DNA of 64,000 nt from Lingula anatina. Lineage: Eukaryota; Animalia; Brachiopoda. The position numbers and the translations under genes were made by a program. Below, piece after piece: positions 58,933-64,000 of this stretch (the stretch's first letter is position 1; each line of letters opens with the position of its first letter). The notes beneath the pieces are model-generated. The model was given only the letters and a program-made list of their open reading frames with translations, was not told where the DNA came from and did no database searches. Location of the stretch: NCBI GenBank assembly GCA_051362555.1, contig CM120640.1:61792788-61856787 (forward strand). Direction: 5' to 3'.

Positions 58933-61900
58933 TTATACATCTAACATTTACCCAACACAGCAAACAATTGCTAAACATACCGATTTGATACAATCACTCT
59001 ACTTCCAAATGCAAGCTAAGCTTTTTGCTAATGGAAACTAGCATTACTTATACATGTACCTGTGGAAGAACTAGACTGGCTGTTGGTTTGACTAGTTTGA
59101 CTATAACCAGGACACTGCTCTAGTGCTATGCATTGACCATTATAGAGAACTGGTTTGTCTGTAGGGCAAGCACAACCCGGGTTGCAGCTGAGACCGCAGT
59201 TTCTGTTTGGATCATCGCAAGTTGGTGGACAGGAAGATGCACACAGTGTATAATACTGGCCATTGCTACATGCTAATAAAATCGATCGAAAAGCAGGAAG
59301 TAAGATCAGCAGAAATAAAGCAAATAAGCAGTAAACCTCCTAATAAATGACTAGCACCTTACCCCACAATTGTGACGTTCACTGCATCGCTTTCTATTCT
59401 AATTTTAAATATAGCAAATACACAAAGCTCAAAACGAATATATGAAATTATGAAAATGATACGAAAAACCATATGAAGCAAAAAATCTCGGGTCTTTCTA
59501 ACAAGCAGGAAAATAGCGCAGTACACCGCTACAACTGCTGGTTGACACAAGGTATACTCACTTTGAGAACCCTGGGTGGATGATGTACGTCCTGGAGTAC
59601 CCAGGGGGCAGCTGTATTGGTCAACACACTGGCCGTTGTGTACAAATGGCCTCGAAGGCGGACACTCGCACCCAGGAATACACCGAGGTTGACACTGCTG
59701 GTTACTGTAACATGTGCGAGTACAGCCAGATGAACAGGTACTGTAGACTTGCCCACCGGAGCATTCTGGAGAATGTTAAAAAATGAATATCATGTGAACA
59801 CATATAGAATGTCTATAAATGTGAAGACGATCTGTTCATGTTAATACGGGTAAAAACAGAAGTGAAGTAATTGTTGATTGAACAATGCGGGCATCCTTTA
59901 CCATGCTTCGGGTCCCCACTATAACAGAATGCAATTGACATTTGACGAAAATGTATACTAAGAGCATAGTAGGAGGATAAAAAAATTTCATTTCTACTTT
60001 TCCACCATATTTCTAATTAAACTGTTTCTTTACACGCTACGTTCATTTAACAGGTCGACTTGTTGATTAAACAGGGATATTGGTCTCGTATTGGGTCACG
60101 TCTGAAATTGAATTGCAACGCTTGCTTACGCTGGCTGACGCCACTTCCACTAAGGGTCATCTGGCACTCCATCAGGGTTCGACATTGTCCGTTGTGGAGA
60201 TAAGGCTTTGTGCTGGGACATTCACATCCAGATCGACATGGGGCGAAATTGTTGCAGTTTTGGTTCTGGTTAATGTTGTAACACGTTTTCACATCGCACT
60301 TTGACAGGCACTGCGTGAACGTTTGACCTCCACTGCAAGCTATTAGAAAAGTAAAGGACAACATGAAAGGCATGTGAACAGATAACAATTGGTCTATCAT
60401 GTAGGCTCGACGAATTTATCAAGCAACAGGAGCAAATGTGTCTGATACATTGAACACTGTTCTACTAAGACAACTTTAACACTTTGTTCTACCAACTTTT
60501 ACACTTCAAGTAATCATGCAGTCTAGTAAAGCATGGAACGATGGCACTAGCAAAAGGGAGTAACTGTATATTAATGTCGCATTAATTATCTTGCCAGCGA
60601 CGCCAATCTGTAAAACATTCACATCAGAAACAACATAGCTGGCAACATACCATTCCAAGACCAAGACCCTTGTTAAACCAATTTCATTCATTTTATGAAT
60701 TGATCGACGTCAAAAAGTTACAAAAAAGCATTGTAAAACAATTTTGTATTTCTAAGGGTTTTCAATGAGCCAGCAGTACACCTCATTAACTGATGGACTA
60801 GTTTCAGACTGTTCAAATGTGTTGAATGCTACAGAACAAGAAATACATACACTGGGTGGAAGCGCCACTAACACCACCTGTGTTTGAAACACCACCTGCT
60901 CCAGAGAAAAGCGTGGCACTGGCACCAGCAAAATTGATACACTGTATCTGAGAGTAACATTGGTTATTATGCCAGTACGGTTTATCAGCGGGACAAGCGC
61001 ATCCAGCGCGACACGCCAAATTACACGGTACGCCAATATTGGGTTGCAAGCATGTGGATGAGCATTGAGAAGCACACTGCTGGTAGATCTGTCCGCCAGT
61101 GCAAGCTGTAATGCAACAAAAAAGCTAAACGTTTAAACATAGTGCAACCCATACTACAAAGAGTCTTATAATCCTACAGTGCATCTATATGATTAACGTT
61201 ATATATAAATATATATAAGAATATCACAATTTCAGGTGAACTCTGTTTTAAACTTTACAAGTGCTTATGAAGGAAAGACAAATAATCTGCAAATACGCAT
61301 TCAAATTCACGGTATACTGTTAAACAACGAAAAATGGAAAAGCTCAAGCCCAAAATCCTACAAATAGTCAAATCACTATTACAAGCAATGAAATCATGTC
61401 GTGGCGCATTGAACAAGTTTAAATAAAGTAAATGCCTACACTGGGTTGAAATACCACTTGCGCCACCATTATTTAAAACTCCGCTGGATACAGTAAAAAG
61501 TGTAGCACTGGCGCCAGCAAAGTTGATACACTGTTCCTGAGAGTAACATTGGTTATTATGCCAATATGGTTTATCAGATGGACAGGCGCATCCAGCGCGA
61601 CACGCCAAATTACATGGTACGCCTATGTTTGGTTGGTAGCATGTAGATGAGCACTGAGAAGCACACTGCTGGTAGGTCTGTCCGCCAGTACATGCTGTAA
61701 TGGAATAAAGCAGAAGCAAATAAGCTCAACTACAAGACACTGTGTCACCTGTCAAACAGAATTCTCAATAATGCAGAGTAAAGCTCATGCACTAGCGAAA
61801 CACGCGAAATGAATCGCAATAACATTGGCAATTATGCTAGTATGTTTTATCCGTTAAGCACTGAATGCGTATACTACTGGACAGTAGTAAAATAAATAAT

Positions 61901-64000
61901 AAGAAAGATAATATCTGAGTAGTATTTGCTACCTCGCGTAACATCAGCAACAACTTCGTCACACCAGTAATACACTGAATGGATATACATACACTGAGTT
62001 GAAACATCACTAGCTCCAGAGAAAAGTGTAGCACTAGCACCAGCAAAATTTATACACTGTTCCCGAGAGTAACACTGGTTATTATGCCAATAAGGTTTAT
62101 CAGATGGACAAGCACATCCAGCACGACACGCCAAATTACACGGTACGCCAATGTTTGGTTGCAAGCATGTGGATGAGCATTGAGAAGCACACTGCTGGTA
62201 GATCTGTCCGCCAGTGCATGCTGTAAAGCAACAAAGCAGAAGCAAATTAGCTCAGCCACGAAAGAAATGTGCAAAAGAAGCCACTTGTCAATAGAATTGT
62301 CGCTAATGTGAAGTATAGCTCCTGCACAAGCAAACAAATGTACAATGCATTGGGAAATAACATTGGCATTTATGCTAGTATGTTTTACCAGTGTAATGTC
62401 AGTAAGTGACAGCATGCAGGGAGTGTTTGGTAGAGTAACTTGAGTTGATTGACATGCTCTTATGGTATTTATACAACTGCGCATAATATAAACGAGGGAA
62501 AAGGCCGCTAGATATTGCATGAGGTAGAAATAGAAATGAAGAGACCGGCACAGGTAACAACTGGACAGTAGTTAAATAAATAATATGAAAGATAATATCT
62601 GAGTTGTATTTGCTACCTGGCTTAACATCAGCAAAAACATCGTCACACCAGTAAAACAATGACTGAATATACATACACTGAGTTGAAACACCACTAGCTC
62701 CAGAGAAAAGCGTGGCACTGGCACCAGCAAAATTGATACACTGTTCCCGAGAGTGACATTGGTTATTATGCCAATAAGGTTTATCAGATGGACAAGCACA
62801 TCCAGCACGACACGCCAAATTACACGGTACGCCAATGTTTGGTTGCAAGCATGTGGATGAGCATTGAGAAGCACACTGCTGGTAGATCTGTCCGCCAGTG
62901 CAAGCTGTAAAGCAACAAAGCAGAAGCAAATTAGCTCAGCCACGAAAGAAATGTGCAAAAGAAGCCACTTGTCAATAGAACTGTCGCTAATGTGAAGTAT
63001 AGCTCCTGCACAAGCGAACAAATGTACAATGCATTGGGAAATAACATTGGCAGTTATGCTAGTATGTTTTACCAGTGTAATGTTAGTAAGTGACAGTATG
63101 CAGTGAATAAGAGCAGGGAGTGTTTGGTAGAGTAACTTGAGTTGGTTGATATGCTCTTATGGTATTTATACAACAGCGCATAATATAAACGAGGGAGAAG
63201 GCCGCTAGAGGTTGCATGAGGTAGAAATAGAAATGAAGAGACCGGCACAGGTAACAACTGGACAGTAGTTAAATAAATAATATGAAAGATAATATCTGAG
63301 TTGTATTTGCTACCTCGCTTAACATCAGCAACAGCATCGTCACACCAGAAAAACAATGAATGAATATACATACACTGAGTTGAAACACCACCAGCTCCTG
63401 AGAAAAGTGCAGCACTGGCACCAGCAAAATTGATACACTGTTCCCGAGAGTAACATTGGTTATTATGCCAGTAAGGATTATCAGATGGACAAGCACATCC
63501 AGCACGACACGCCCGATTACACGGTACGCCAATGTTTGGTTGCAAGCATGTGGATGAGCATTGAGAAGCACACTGCTGGTAGGTCTGTCCGCCAGTGCAT
63601 GCTGTAATGCAACAAAGCAAAAGCGAATAACCTCAGACATAGAAAAATGCGCGAATTAATAGAATTGTCGCTATTGTAAAGTACAGCTCCTGCACAAGCG
63701 AAAAAGTACAATGGATTGGCAAATAACATTGGCAGTTATGCTAGTATGTTTTACCGGTAATACACTGAATGAATATACATACACTGAGTTGAAACACCAC
63801 TAGCTCCAGAGAAAAGCGTGACACTGGCACCAGCAAAATTGATACACTGTTCCTGAGAGTAACATTGGTTATTATGCCAATAAGGTTTATCAGATGGACA
63901 AGCGCATCCAGCTCGGCATTGTCTTGTACACGGTACGCCAATGTTTGGTTGGTAGCATGTGGATGAGCATTGAGAAGCACACTGCTGGTAGGTCTGTCCG
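54321..64000 (-). CDS. Multi-TIL (trypsin inhibitor-like cysteine-rich) domain protein with an Asn/Gln/Gly-rich low-complexity region; 5' part outside the window
   Basis: Phase 1-1 exons (minus): >64000-63783, 63601-63374, 62904-62677, 62220-61993, 61694-61440, 61105-60851, 60339-60130, 59765-59562, 59272-59060, 58399-57143 (NQG-rich), 56707-56396, 55759-55565, and terminal 54637-54321 (TAA). TIL exons have the 10-Cys pattern C-x8-C-x3-C-x3-C-x8-C-x3-C-x3-C-x-C-x11-C-x5-C (spacing varies in the downstream exons; the last has only 6 Cys). Confidence 0.85.
57143..58399 (-). repeat. Coding low-complexity repeats (NQG[F/L/T/I]N[N/T])n with recurring GVxTSGSTG spacers
   Basis: The 354-aa ORF 57117-58181 extends in frame to the acceptor at 58400-58401 and contains dozens of NQG motifs. 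Confidence 0.9.
58901..58930. repeat. (TAT)n microsatellite
   Basis: Direct reading. Confidence 0.85.
60851..64000 (-). repeat. Recent tandem duplication of exon+intron units (six near-identical TIL exons, period ~410-700 bp)
   Basis: Exons of 228 or 255 bp share CTGGQxYQQCASQCSSTCxQPNIGVPC. Introns 62221-62676 and 62905-63373 are near-identical. Confidence 0.9.

Noticed and set aside
60851-64000. CRISPR-like or satellite array
   Set aside because: The repeats are spliceable coding exons with similar introns, with no short repeat/unique spacer structure, in a eukaryotic context.

Overview
AT-rich, intron-containing eukaryotic (metazoan, probably lophotrochozoan/mollusc-like) genomic DNA. 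Hand-spliced gene models, in order: (1) an acetylcholinesterase-like carboxylesterase (+, 8751-14078) with an intact Ser/Glu/His triad, no C-terminal T/H peptide, and what look like three interchangeable phase-1 N-terminal modules (one type-II transmembrane anchor plus stalk, and two paralogous signal-peptide exons); (2) a cluster of four single-domain GH1 beta-glucosidase/lactase-like genes with the same 8 coding exons (one on -, three on +), three with GPI-like hydrophobic tails and one without; (3) a CENP-V/GFA-domain gene; (4) the 3' part of a large minus-strand gene with at least 12 TIL protease-inhibitor domains and a 419-aa Asn/Gln/Gly-rich exon, running off the window end. Mobile DNA includes a 5.4-kb foldback-like element with ~1.4-1.5-kb internally repetitive TIRs (TAG..CTA ends, TAT TSD; Academ-like), a decayed Tc1/mariner, a decayed LINE RT fragment, and several CAG..CTG-ended MITEs with 5-bp TSDs (hAT5-like). 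No rRNA, tRNA or CRISPR was recognised. All models come from reading the sequence; no database search or expression data were available.
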